Part shown: positions 28,403 to 40,309 of the stretch, one piece after another | Numbering within the stretch: the first letter of the stretch is position 1 | How the letters are laid out: each line of letters starts with the position of its first letter | Assembly (NCBI GenBank): GCA_964016885.1 | Contig: OZ024745.1 | Coordinates: 1,426,001 to 1,490,000 of the forward strand | Length of the DNA stretch: 64,000 nucleotides | DNA from: Eledone cirrhosa | Taxonomy: Eukaryota | Direction of reading: 5' to 3' | The notes under the pieces: generated by a model | Seen by the model: the letters and a program-made list of their open reading frames with translations, nothing else | Databases searched by the model: none | What the model was told of the DNA's origin: nothing | Program-made: the position numbers and the translations under genes

Positions 28403-28559
28403 TTTTCCAAACCTACTAGACATAAGTCCACGTAGATGTGGATGTGTCGTTTTCTGCGCGGTGAATGAATCAAGCCGTTAAAATGACCACCACACAAATG
28501 GGCCGTAGAAAGAGCAGGAATAATAGATTAGTTGATATTTCATGTTACTAGAAATAGCA

Positions 28560-28945
28560 GCACGATACAACATTTTTTTCTCAACATTAAGGAGAATTCA
28601 GATAAATGATATAAATATTCCAGTAGGTAATATATATATAAAGAATTCCAAGTTGGAAGCCACACAATGCAGGTTTGGACAGAAAAATTAAAACGCAAGA
28701 AACAGGGTTGTTTTTTACCTAATTTCTTCATATATCCTGATATTTCGAGATTAATATCTCTTCATCCGAGGAAAATAAGGAATTATTCCAGTGTCCAATG
28801 TGGCTTGCTATACCATGCTGGTATATATATTGGTCAAAGGTTTTCAATACACGTGTTTCAATACAATATATGTTTGGCCCATGAATTCTGAATTGTTATG
28901 TGATTGATTACTGCAGGGAAATATTGTAACAGCGTGGCACCAGAA
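28560..28945 (-). pseudogene. Possible highly decayed Penelope GIY-YIG 3' remnant upstream of the 28.3-kb hammerhead
   Basis: Frameshifted fragments resembling FPC..FMGQT..LK(T)R and LLEYLYI..PLML on the same strand as the HHR; weak. Confidence 0.3.
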
Positions 28946-29875
28946 AAAATATAATTCTTATTTGTGTGAGGGATAACTGCCTGAATACTTAAGGTCTAGT
29001 TGAGGAGGCTGACCTAACCAATAGGCGTTTAAGGATTGGTGAGATGGACAAGATTAAGAAAAAGAAAAGCTAGGTAGGCGAGAAAGAGCCGCTACTTGCA
29101 ATCGATTATGACATGGTAGTGTCTTTACGCGAAGGGTTTTAGGTTGCCATGTAATCGCAAATAGACACAGACAACCCCTCGTTGTTAGTGGCGAATGCTG
29201 CTTTCCCTTCATAGTAGATGTAGGTAGTACTGTTGGTGTTGCATTAATGGCGGCAATATCGCCAGTTTTACACACACACACACACACACACAGACGCACA
29301 CACACACACACACAGACACAGACGCACACACATACACACACACAGACACACACACACAGAGACACACACACACAGAGACACAGACACACACACATATCGA
29401 TATTTTTCAAGTCAACCATTATACCAAAGGAAGAATATAAGTAGAAATACTCCATATTTTGTGGACCGTGGAAATGGTAATGTGTTGATTAATCAAAAGA
29501 AGGTAAGTAGCAATAAGGAACGCTGCTTTAACCACGACTCAAGCCGCCATATTAGTTTTCTGCCTCTTGTTCGGCAAAGCATTTCAAGCTTTAATCAATT
29601 CGGAATTGGTTAAGCTCCTTATCTCGCTGGCTTTTATTTCAGCTAAACAATATGACTTCCGTATCACACGATCAACTGTTGTTTTAATAGTTATTACTGA
29701 GAAAGTCTGCCGTGTTTTAGCTAAATCTGACAAACACTGTTGCTGTAAATATTTCTAAGGCTTTTCACAGGGTTTAACACTCGTCTCCTTCTAATGTTTC
29801 TTTACTCTACTGTGTTGTTTGCTTTGTTGTTTCCCTTTACCTTTTGTATATATATATATGTGTCCGTGTCCGTGC

Positions 29876-29935
<60 letters not shown>

Positions 29936-29980
29936 CAATAACAGGAGGCTGGACTGGTGTAAATCCTTGAAAGGTTTATT

Positions 29981-30038
29981 ATACTCTGATCATTTCAATG
30001 ACCGGGTTCCGTATGAATCCGGTGATATCATCAGGTAT
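29981..30038 (-). ncRNA. Degenerate hammerhead motif
   Basis: Reverse complement reads ATAC-CTGATGA-tatcACCGGATTC(atacg)GAACCCGGTcatt-GAAAT-GATC-AGA^GTAT; cleavage triplet is not NUH; followed by AATAAA. Confidence 0.55.
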
Positions 30039-30279
30039 TCGAAATATAATAAATGAATGTAACAGATAAAATCCATGGGGCTGAAAATAATAGACCCGAG
30101 GACGACCGACCATCTAGCATCTTCCACTTTAGCCGGTCGCCCTCAAGTGCTGGCCATTCGGTCTACTCAAGGCTATCTGGTGAGGGGGCGAAAGCTTATA
30201 GTGTGCTACTAACCTCCCAGTCAAAGAGAAAAAAAAAGACAGAAAGAAAGAAGAAAAGTCAGCGTTAATGTCATGCTAC

Positions 30280-30468
30280 TATGGCGGTGGATTGGCAGTA
30301 TCGGTAGAGGGTCGGACGCCATGCTTTGATGCATAGAGTTACGGCCCTTGCTATTCTGAGTTCAAATCCCGCCGAGGTTAACTTTGCCTTTCATCCTTAC
30401 GGGGTCGATAAAATAAAGTACCAGTAATGTACTGGGTAATTTCTGGCCTTGTGCCAATAGTAGAAACA
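30280..30468 (+). mobile_element. tRNA-derived SINE with 16-bp target-site duplication
   Basis: A/B boxes and central domain as at 25990; flanked by GTTAATGTCATGCTAC at 30264-30279 and 30469-30484. Confidence 0.9.
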
Positions 30469-31150
30469 GTTAATGTCATGCTACAATCAGGCTAGGGATT
30501 GCCGCGAAAAATATTATTCTAAAGAACCTATATCTTAACAGAGGTATATATTATAACAGAGGTATATATAGTGGGCGTCTGCATGGTATAATGTGTGAAC
30601 AGAAAATTGGAACGTTAAATTTTTGTTTAGATTTATAGGATGAAATTAAAAAAAATTAAATTAAAGATTAAAATTATAAAATTTAAAAAATTAGAAAATT
30701 AAAAATTAAACAGTTTAAAAAAACAGTTAAAAAAAAACAGTTTAAAAAAACAGTTTAAAAAAACAGTTTAAAAAAACAGTTTAAAAAAAAAAAAAATTAA
30801 AGGTTTGGGTTGCGAGATTTAGTTAAAGAATTTACAGAGAGAGTCTTTTATGAAAAAATTTTAAGTGTATTATAGAGATCCTCGATAAGTTTATATATAT
30901 ATATATATAAATACATAATCGGAGAAAGCTAATAGCGATACTCCGGCCAAATCCCAACTCACTCAACAAACATTAGGAAATATCTGAGTATATTCCTAAT
31001 TAAACGTTCGGGGTGCTAACTAATTGTATTGTGTGGAAAATTGGCTGTATCATTTCATATGAGATATATCAAATATATCCCTTCCCTTTCGCCTTCCCAA
31101 TATATTCGCCGTTCCCTGTAAATAAATATCTCTATAACTATATAACACAC

Positions 31151-31845
31151 TTTATTTACGCTTTAATTTATATTTTTAATTATCGTGTCTATATTCTGCC
31201 TTTCATAGGTTATAGATTCCATACACTGGTGGTTTTTCCCTGTTTTATTGGTGGCGCACTGTATCTCTCTCTAGTGTGTTACCTTTTCAACATATTGTAT
31301 TTTAAAGTGCCCAGGATTTCCTCTCCTTTGAGCACATTATTTACAGGGAACGGCGAGAGTCTATGGCTTCGTTAATGTATCGTGATATTTCGCTCCTTAT
31401 AACAGTCTTTCTCCTCTTTCTCTGTTTGGTTGAGCACATTTCTCTGAGTGGTTTTAGGCTGCCCTTTCTAGCAGCTCGTCCATCAGAGGCCACTGGTTCA
31501 CTGCCCTTAAACACGCTGTGACTTCTCTCTTCCACGTGTAGTTGGACGGCCGCTTTAAAAATTCTCTTAGTGTTGTCTGAAATGTATAGCCTTACACACG
31601 CAGAAGAACCTGGGTTATTTTATTTCCGTCAACAACTTACAGGCGAAACAGATCTCTTTGGATTTGTACGTGTGTTATATAGTTATAGAGGTATTTATTT
31701 ACGCTTTAATTTATATTTTTAATTATCGTATCTATACTCTGCCTTTCATAGGTTATAGATTCCATACACTGGTGGTTTTTCCCTGTTTTATTGATGGCGC
31801 ACTGTATCTCTCTCTAGTGTGTTACCTTTACAACATATTGTATAT
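31151..31845 (+). mobile_element. 543-bp non-coding unit with ~150-bp terminal redundancy and a hammerhead (retrozyme- or pLTR-like)
   Basis: 31151-31300 is repeated at 31694-31843; HHR lies just 5' of the second copy; ends in (TA)n. Confidence 0.7.
31594..31675 (+). ncRNA. Type I hammerhead (variant core CAGAAGA, extended stem III)
   Basis: ACACACG-CAGAAGA-aCCTG..CAGGc-GAAAC-AGATC(tctttg)GATTT-GTA^CGTGTGT. Confidence 0.7.
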
Positions 31846-31857
31846 ATATATATATAG

Positions 31858-32497
31858 GTCGAATGGTGGTTGGCGGTGATGAAATAGAGGAGGTGGAGGA
31901 ATACGTCTACCTGGGACAAGAAGTGAACATGCGCCGAGACATTGAGAGGGAGATCTCCCGGAGAGTAAGGGCCGGATGGAAGGCGTTCAACGGCATAAGG
32001 GATGTGCTCAAGGGGAGGTTGAAAAAGACCACCCGCGCCAACCTCTTCAATAGCACAGTTTTACCTGCAATGTTATATGGCAGTTAAACTTGAGCTACAA
32101 CGAAGAGAGAAGAGCAGAGGCTGGTAACGGCTCATAGAGCCATGGAGAGATCAATGCTAGGAATCTCGTTGAGAAAGCACATCAGGAGCGAAGTCATCAG
32201 ACAGAGGTCCGGCGTGAGGGACGTCATCACGGAATATATGCGCAGCAAGTTCAGATGGGCTGGACACGTCATCCGGTTCACCGATAATCGGTGGACCCGC
32301 GCAGTTGCCAAGTGGTTCTCGCACGAGCGGAAACGACCACACGGAAGGCCTCGACGAGGGTGGAGTTACGATTTTAAGAATACGATTGGGACTACATGGA
32401 TGAGGAAATCACGATCCAGAGAGGAATGGACGGCGTGCTGTGACCAGCGGCGCTGAATGGACGCCCGACAGACTGGTCGGTCAAGGTGATCAAGGTG

Positions 32498-32500
<3 letters not shown>
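31858..32500 (+). mobile_element. RTE-clade LINE 3' fragment (second family) with an in-frame stop
   Basis: EIEEVEEYVYLGQ..EISRRVRAGWKAF..LFNSTVLPAMLYGS*..MERSMLG..KFRWAGHVIRFTDNRWT; tail TCAAGGTGA x2. Confidence 0.9.
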
Positions 32501-32590
<90 letters not shown>

Positions 32591-32794
32591 GTATTAGTGA
32601 TACTATTTATGGTTATGTAAACACAAGACCTTAAGCAGTTGTAAGTATTTTACACACACCCTAAATAGTGGTAGGCAGTATTGTATTACTACCTTATTAC
32701 CAGTAAGTTAAGTAGCTCAATGTAAAAACATCAGATGATTTACAGAGCAGTTATATGAAATATAAGAATCAAAGAACTGTTCAAAACATTATTG

Positions 32795-32841
32795 TGCTTA
32801 CAGCTGTTTCCTCCAAACCGAGGTTTGGATTCTTCGGAGCA
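32795..32841 (-). ncRNA. pLTR hammerhead ribozyme (inverted copy)
   Basis: Reverse complement of 35822-35868. Confidence 0.8.
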
Positions 32842-34286
32842 ATTTATTAATGCATGGACAGTTATATGACCTCCCTTTCAGCCGAGAGACATACCAATAC
32901 ATATTCAAACATTGATACATATTCAAACATTGTGGGTCAACATTCATTACAGAATTTAGAGTGGCAGTACACACTTCGAGATTACATTTATATTAATAGG
33001 TACAATCAAAAATCAAAAATATAGGTTAAAATACAACATGAAGATATGCGGTTATATAGTGCAAATGTTATAAGTGTGGCACGCATGTGCGTCTTGTTTA
33101 TATAGTGTGGCAGAGAGATATGTGTGGTAGAGGCACTTAGGTAGGTAAATAAGAGTGTTAGGTGGTAGATCTGGTGGCAAATTCTTTATATGATTGATAT
33201 AGTCTGTGTGTGGAGAAATATTATAAGCATTAAAGATAGTGCAAGCATTAAAAGTGTTATAAGTAATGGAGATGCACAGCGCAGGGATGTCAAGTATTTC
33301 ATGTACTTCGGCATTTTCATGGTCAGGGGAGTGTATTTTTCGATTATATGCCCTTCACGTAATCCACGACAATCCAGTTAGAGATCGTAGTCTGGTGTTC
33401 TTTAGTTCGATACAGGAGGTTGTTACGTTTCTAGAAACGCCATTGAATACCGCCCGGAAGTGTGTGTGTGTGGCAAAGGGGAGTTAATGCGTGCGGGGAG
33501 GTAACTCTGGGGTTTCTATATCTAGCCATTAAAATGTGTCCCAATATAGACCCTAAATTCTATGGTGATGTGCACCTTCCAAGAGAGATTTTTAAAGCAT
33601 AAAGTGTATTAACTATAGAGTAGTTTAATTAAGTTATGCTGAAGGTGGTCATATTATTATGGTGGATTAACCCATCTTAAGGTGCCATAAATGGAAATTA
33701 TAGATGATGAGCGAGGATTCTAAATTAATGATCTCTGTGGTTGTAGTCTGCTCATATGACCAGGCGCGGTGATTGCAGGCTTGCTTCAGGACCCAATGAT
33801 CTCTGGTAAGATCTGGGTCATCGCTTGCTACATTTGATGTCGAAAGAAAATCATCCCCAGGCCGGCCAAAGGTCAATCCGCAGTCCTCGCGACCCCTCTC
33901 TGACCGTCAGATCATCCATATACGTACAACCCGCCCGGCAGTTGCAATGCATTCACTCACTGCGCTCAGCAGTCCGGTCCTACTGGTCAACAGCGCTACT
34001 CGATTAAATCATTTTACATCCGTCTAAGGAAGGTGTTTCCTCTGCACAACACTATCCGACCGATCAATTCATGCTCAAATTACCCTTAGAGCGGTGTAGT
34101 GCCGTTCAAGTGGGTGGATGTTGTCACGCCTGCCGTAGAGGTATAAATGGGTATTCTCCCTGCGAAGGGTTCCAGAGGGATGTCGTTGTTTGTGTTATAA
34201 TGGATCAGTTAGTGTTGGGTATGTAGTATAAGGTGTGTCTCTGGTGTTTGATGCTAGATGTGGTGTTAGGTTCCAGTCCGACCTTG

Positions 34287-35646
34287 CTATATATTGGGCT
34301 TAAAGTTTTGGAAGGAATGTCTGAGGCGGTGCTGGCAAGTTGCAAACACCTCAGATTTTTTGTTAAGTAGGTTACGGTTGGAGAAGATAATATTGTGTGT
34401 CTCTAGGTTACAGAATTTATTAGGTGGTTTGTACGAGGTCGCGCTGCCTATCACTTCCCATTTGAGTGTGTATGGTTTATTTTTAGATTTTAGATAGTGT
34501 ATGTAGCTAGAAAGTGAGGTGGAGTTGGCTAGGCTGTGCTTTTTGAACGAGTGGATGTGCGAATTATATCTGATTTTGAAGCAGTTAGAAGTGGAGCCTA
34601 CATAGGTTTCTGAAGAGTTATTAGTCGTGACGGTGCATGAGTATATGACATCCTTGGTTAGGCATTTTTTATCTAAAGGGCAGGTTCTATTAGCTCTACA
34701 GTTACAATTATCCTGTGCGTTAGTCCGCTGGTTATAATGCAATGCGGAAGTCTGTGTGGTAGATATAGGATTTTGGGTGTTCGGGTTGACAACCCTGGTG
34801 TTATTACTTATACTAGTGTTATTTCTATTGTTACTGCCGTTGCTATGGTTGCTGGCTACAGTGGTATTTAGAGGGTTTGCATCCCGTTGTGATTTTGTTT
34901 GTTGGAAGTAAGAACTAATTTTACTATTATTGCTGCTAGCTATGTGGTATGCTAAGTTAGGCGTTGTAGAGTATGAGATTTTAATGGTGTTTTTGTTTGA
35001 GAGGTTGTGGTACTTGTGTCCTAGAGGGAAGTTTTTATCTAGTAGTGAGAAGAAAGCCCTAGGTATGTTGGTGGAGACATTAAGGTTGAAAGGAGGGTTG
35101 AAAAATGTATTATTTCTTCTTCTATTTTTGCTTTTAGTGTTTGGTGTGTTGCTTCCTCCTAAGGCCCCACAGTAGTTTCCATGGTAATGGTTACTTCTGG
35201 TGGCACCCAACGCTTTGGTGTACTTGTGGTTGCTATTCCTATTATTAGATTTCCTCATGGACATGTTGTGCGAGATGATGTTGTAGCTATGTGTTTTCTT
35301 AGGTAGGAACTCAATTTCTATATTATGGCCGGAGCTAGCTAATGCTTGATTGTAATATTGTGAGTTTTTGCTAAATATGTTTGCGTCATAGGACAGACTA
35401 GAGATTCTATTGGACACCCCCTTAGAGATAGAGTTTAATATTGATCTAGGGTGATTAGACTTGGTATCTACGTAAATAAGTTTCTCATTAGGCTTATGGA
35501 AAGGTGTATATATTTTTGAGTCTAGGTATAGTGTGGCGTCTAGGAAGTTAACATTTTTAGTGTTTTTGTCCATGGTGATACTAAGGTTAAAGTTTTTGAA
35601 TGTCTTATGCAGTTGTTTTCTAGTTCTTTCTATATTAAATTTTTAT
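34287..35646 (-). pseudogene. Inverted 3' part of the Penelope ORF (end of RT, linker, GIY-YIG)
   Basis: Near-identical to ~37205-38565; begins just after the YRDD motif; three visible amino-acid differences. Confidence 0.93.
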
Positions 35647-35679
35647 AATATTAATATCTATATTAATTTTTATAATATT

Positions 35680-36074
35680 AATCTCGAAGTGTGTACTGCC
35701 ACTCTAAATTCTGTAATGAATGTTGACCCACAATGTTTGAATATGTATCAATGTTTGAATATGTATTGGTATGTCTCTCGGCTGAAAGGGAGGTCATATA
35801 ACTGTCCATGCATTAATAAATTGCTCCGAAGAATCCAAACCTCGGTTTGGAGGAAACAGCTGTAAGCACAATAATGTTTTGAACAGTTCTTTGATTCTTA
35901 TATTTCATATAACTGCTCTGTAAATCATCTGATGTTTTTACATTGAGCTACTTAACTTACTGGTAATAAGGTAGTAATACAATACTGCCTACCACTATTT
36001 AGGGTGTGTGTAAAATACTTACAACTGCTTAAGGTCTTGTGTTTACATAACCATAAATAGTATCACTAATACTA
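35680..36074 (+). repeat. 5' pseudo-LTR of the Penelope-like element
   Basis: Direct repeat of 39850-40082 and inverted repeat of 32589-32983. Confidence 0.9.
35822..35868 (+). ncRNA. pLTR minimal hammerhead (variant core CCGAAGA)
   Basis: TGCT-CCGAAGA-aTCCAAAC(ctcg)GTTTGGAg-GAAAC-AGCT-GTA^AGCA; palindromic stem III ACAGCTGT typical of Penelope HHRs. Confidence 0.8.
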
Positions 36075-36114
36075 TTAACTGCTCCATATCGTTGAGCTGA
36101 CATATATTGCCAAT

Positions 36115-38565
36115 ATGCTAATCAAAGACCAACTCCCCATGTCAACCAAGAACATACCAATACCATCCAGGAATACATATGAGAAATTGCTGATCAACAG
36201 TGTAAATTCATTTATCAATAGAGTGAGATGGAGGACATTCCATTATGATAGAAATAAATCTAACAACTTGAATAATACTAACAATTTTGACTCCTTCGGC
36301 TTTAAAACCTTTAAAAGCCCCCCTCATAACACTCTTCTTAACTCCTTTGAAAATGACCTAGTTAAACTAGTTAAGAACATTAAATACAATAAGCACCATA
36401 TTAAAAGCAACACCTTCTTAAACAAACTTAACACTTCTATTAATGGATTCAAAACTAGTAATAAAATTATTGTACACGCAGATAAAACTAATAACATATA
36501 CAGCCTAGATTATAATACTTATAGAAAGTTTATATATAATGAACTACATAAAAGCTACAAAAAAACCACCTTGAAAAACTTAGAAGATATTAATGTAGAG
36601 GGTTATAATATAGTGTCTAAACTAGGACTACAGAGGCATACACAACCTTTCACTCCGAACCCCCCTAGATTCTCTCTGAAGGACCATAAGGAGAACTTCA
36701 TCAGCAACCCCACGATAAGACTTATCTGCCCTTCCAAGTCCGACATTGGTATTATCAGCAAGAAGATTTTGGATAAAATCATCCCACAAATTAAACACAA
36801 GATACACCTTAAACAATGGGGAAATACGGGTGAAGTCATTGAATGGTTCAAGGATATCAAGAATAATAAGAACAAAAAATTTATTCAATTTGATATCAAT
36901 TCGTACTACACCTCTATTTCCCCTATCCTATTAAATAAGGCACTTATCATGGCCATGACCAATAGCGACCTGACTAGAGCCCAGGTTGATGTCATCCTTG
37001 CGGCCCGTAAAACCATAATTACCTTTGAGGACCAACTATGGACACGCAAGGATACGCACAACAACTTCGACATAACCATGGGATCTAGTGACTCGGCGCA
37101 GGTCACTGATTTGGTCGGTCTATACCTCCTCAATGAAATCCATAAGGACCTCCCTTACCTCAACGGTGGTTTGTACCGCGATGATGCACTTCTACTTATA
37201 GAATATAAAAAATTTAATATAGAAAGAACTAGAAAACAACTGCATAAGACATTCAAAAACTTTAACCTTAGTATCACCATGGACAAAAACACTAAAAATG
37301 TTAACTTCCTAGACGCCACACTATACCTAGACTCAAAAATATATACACCTTTCCATAAGCCTAATGAGAAACTTATTTACGTAGATACCAAGTCTAATCA
37401 CCCTAGATCAATATTAAACTCTATCTCTAAGGGGGTGTCCAATAGAATCTCTAGTCTGTCCTATGACGCAAACATATTTAGCAAAAACTCACAATATTAC
37501 AATCAAGCATTAGCTAGCTCCGGCCATAATATAGAAATTGTGTTCCTACCTAAGAAAACACATAGCTACAACATCATCTCGCACAACATGTCCATGAGGA
37601 AATCTAATAATAGGAATAGCAACCACAAGTACACCAAAGCGTTGGGTGCCACCAGAAGTAACCATTACCATGGAAGCTACTGTGGGGCCTTAGGAGGAAG
37701 CAACACACCAAACACTAAAAGCAAAAATAGAAGAAGAAATAATACATTTTTCAACCCTCCTTTCAACCTTAATGTCTCCACCAACATACCTAGGGCTTTC
37801 TTCTCACTACTAGATAAAAACTTCCCTCTAGGACACAAGTACCACAACCTCTTAAACAAAAACACCATTAAAATCTCATACTCTACGACGCCTAACTTAG
37901 CATACCACATAGCTAGCAGCAATAATAGTAAAATTAGTTCTTACTTCCAACAAACAAAATCACAAAGGGATGCAAACCCTCTAAATACCACTGTAGCCAG
38001 CAACCATAGCAACGGCAGTAACAATAGAAATAACACTAGTATAAGTAATAACACCAGGGTTGTCAACCCGAACACCCAAAATCCTATATCTACCACACAG
38101 ACTTCCGCATTGCATTATAACCAGCGGACTAACGCACAGGATAATTGTAACTGTAGAGCTAATAGAACCTGCCCTTTAGATAAAAAATGCCTAACCAAGG
38201 ATGTCATATACTCATGCACCGTCACGACTAATAACTCTTCAGAAACCTATGTAGGCTCCACTTCTAACTGCTTCAAAATCAGATATAATTCGCACATCCA
38301 CTCGTTCAAAAAGCACAGCCTAGCCAACTCCACCTCACTTTCTAGCTACATACACTATCTAAAATCTAAAAATAAACCATACACACTCAAATGGGAAGTG
38401 ATAGGCAGCGCGACCTCGTACAAACCACCTAATAAATTCTGTAACCTAGAGACACACAATATTATCTTCTCCAACCGTAACCTACTTAACAAAAAATCTG
38501 AGGTGTTTGCAACTTGCCAGCACCGCCTCAGACATTCCTTCCAAAACTTTAAGCCCAATATATAG
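36115..38565 (+). CDS. Penelope-like retroelement polyprotein: reverse transcriptase + C-terminal GIY-YIG endonuclease (Naiad-like), 816 aa
   Basis: Uninterrupted ORF with STKNIPIPS, ADKTNNIY, FIQFDINSYYTSI, MGSSDSAQVTDLVG, GGLYRDDALL, VNFLDATL, CNCR..CPLDKKCL, DVIY..TYVGST..FKIRYNSH, LLNKKSE..CQH. Confidence 0.95.
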   Translation: MLIKDQLPMSTKNIPIPSRNTYEKLLINSVNSFINRVRWRTFHYDRNKSNNLNNTNNFDSFGFKTFKSPPHNTLLNSFENDLVKLVKNIKYNKHHIKSNTFLNKLNTSINGFKTSNKIIVHADKTNNIYSLDYNTYRKFIYNELHKSYKKTTLKNLEDINVEGYNIVSKLGLQRHTQPFTPNPPRFSLKDHKENFISNPTIRLICPSKSDIGIISKKILDKIIPQIKHKIHLKQWGNTGEVIEWFKDIKNNKNKKFIQFDINSYYTSISPILLNKALIMAMTNSDLTRAQVDVILAARKTIITFEDQLWTRKDTHNNFDITMGSSDSAQVTDLVGLYLLNEIHKDLPYLNGGLYRDDALLLIEYKKFNIERTRKQLHKTFKNFNLSITMDKNTKNVNFLDATLYLDSKIYTPFHKPNEKLIYVDTKSNHPRSILNSISKGVSNRISSLSYDANIFSKNSQYYNQALASSGHNIEIVFLPKKTHSYNIISHNMSMRKSNNRNSNHKYTKALGATRSNHYHGSYCGALGGSNTPNTKSKNRRRNNTFFNPPFNLNVSTNIPRAFFSLLDKNFPLGHKYHNLLNKNTIKISYSTTPNLAYHIASSNNSKISSYFQQTKSQRDANPLNTTVASNHSNGSNNRNNTSISNNTRVVNPNTQNPISTTQTSALHYNQRTNAQDNCNCRANRTCPLDKKCLTKDVIYSCTVTTNNSSETYVGSTSNCFKIRYNSHIHSFKKHSLANSTSLSSYIHYLKSKNKPYTLKWEVIGSATSYKPPNKFCNLETHNIIFSNRNLLNKKSEVFATCQHRLRHSFQNFKPNI

Positions 38566-39849
38566 CAAGGTCGGACTGGAACCTAACACCACATCTAGCA
38601 TCAAACACCAGAGACACACCTTATACTACATACCCAACACTAACTGATCCATTATAACACAAACAACGACATCCCTCTGGAACCCTTCGCAGGGAGAATA
38701 CCCATTTATACCTCTACGGCAGGCGTGACAACATCCACCCACTTGAACGGCACTACACCGCTCTAAGGGTAATTTGAGCATGAATTGATCGGTCGGATAG
38801 TGTTGTGCAGAGGAAACACCTTCCTTAGACGGATGTAAAATGATTTAATCGAGTAGCGCTGTTGACCAGTAGGACCGGACTGCTGAGCGCAGTGAGTGAA
38901 TGCATTGCAACTGCCGGGCGGGTTGTACGTATATGGATGATCTGACGGTCAGAGAGGGGTCGCGAGGACTGCGGATTGACCTTTGGCCGGCCTGGGGATG
39001 ATTTTCTTTCGACATCAAATGTAGCAAGCGATGACCCAGATCTTACCAGAGATCATTGGGTCCTGAAGCAAGCCTGCAATCACCGCGCCTGGTCATATGA
39101 GCAGACTACAACCACAGAGATCATTAATTTAAAATCCTCGCTCATCATCTATAATTTCCATTTATGGCACCTTAAGATGGGTTAATCCACCATAATAATA
39201 TGACCACCTTCAGCATAACTTAATTAAACTACTCTATAGTTAATACACTTTATGCTTTAAAAATCTCTCTTGGAAGATGCGCATCACCATAGAATTTAGA
39301 GTCTATATTGGGACACATTTTAATGGCTAGATATAGAAACCCCAGAGTTACCTCCCCGCACGCATTAACTCCCCTTTGCCACACACACACTTCCGGGCGG
39401 TATTCAATGGCGTTTCTAGAAACGTAACAACCTCCTGTATCGAACTAAAGAACACCAGACTACGATCTCTAACTGGATTGTCGTGGATTACGTGAAGGGC
39501 ATATAATCGAAAAATACACTCCCCTGACCATGAAAATGCCGAAGTACATGAAATACTTGACATCCCTGCGCTGTGCATCTCCATTACTTATAACACTTTT
39601 AATGCTTGCACTATCTTTAATGCTTATAATATTTCTCCACACACAGACTATATCAATCATATAAAGAATTTGCCACCAGATCTACCAACCTAACACTCTT
39701 ATTTACCTACCTAAGTGCCTCTACCACACTATATAAACAAGACGCACATGCGTGCCACACATATAACATTTGCACTATATAACCGCTTATCTTCATGTTG
39801 TATTTTAACCTATATTTTTGATTTTTGATTGTACCTATTAATATAAATG

Positions 39850-40255
<406 letters not shown>

Positions 40256-40256
40256 C

Positions 40257-40305
<49 letters not shown>

Positions 40306-40309
40306 TATA

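Noticed and set aside
36115-38565. Telomerase RT or bacterial retron/group II intron RT
   Set aside because: The C-terminal GIY-YIG domain and hammerhead-bearing pLTRs identify a Penelope-like element.
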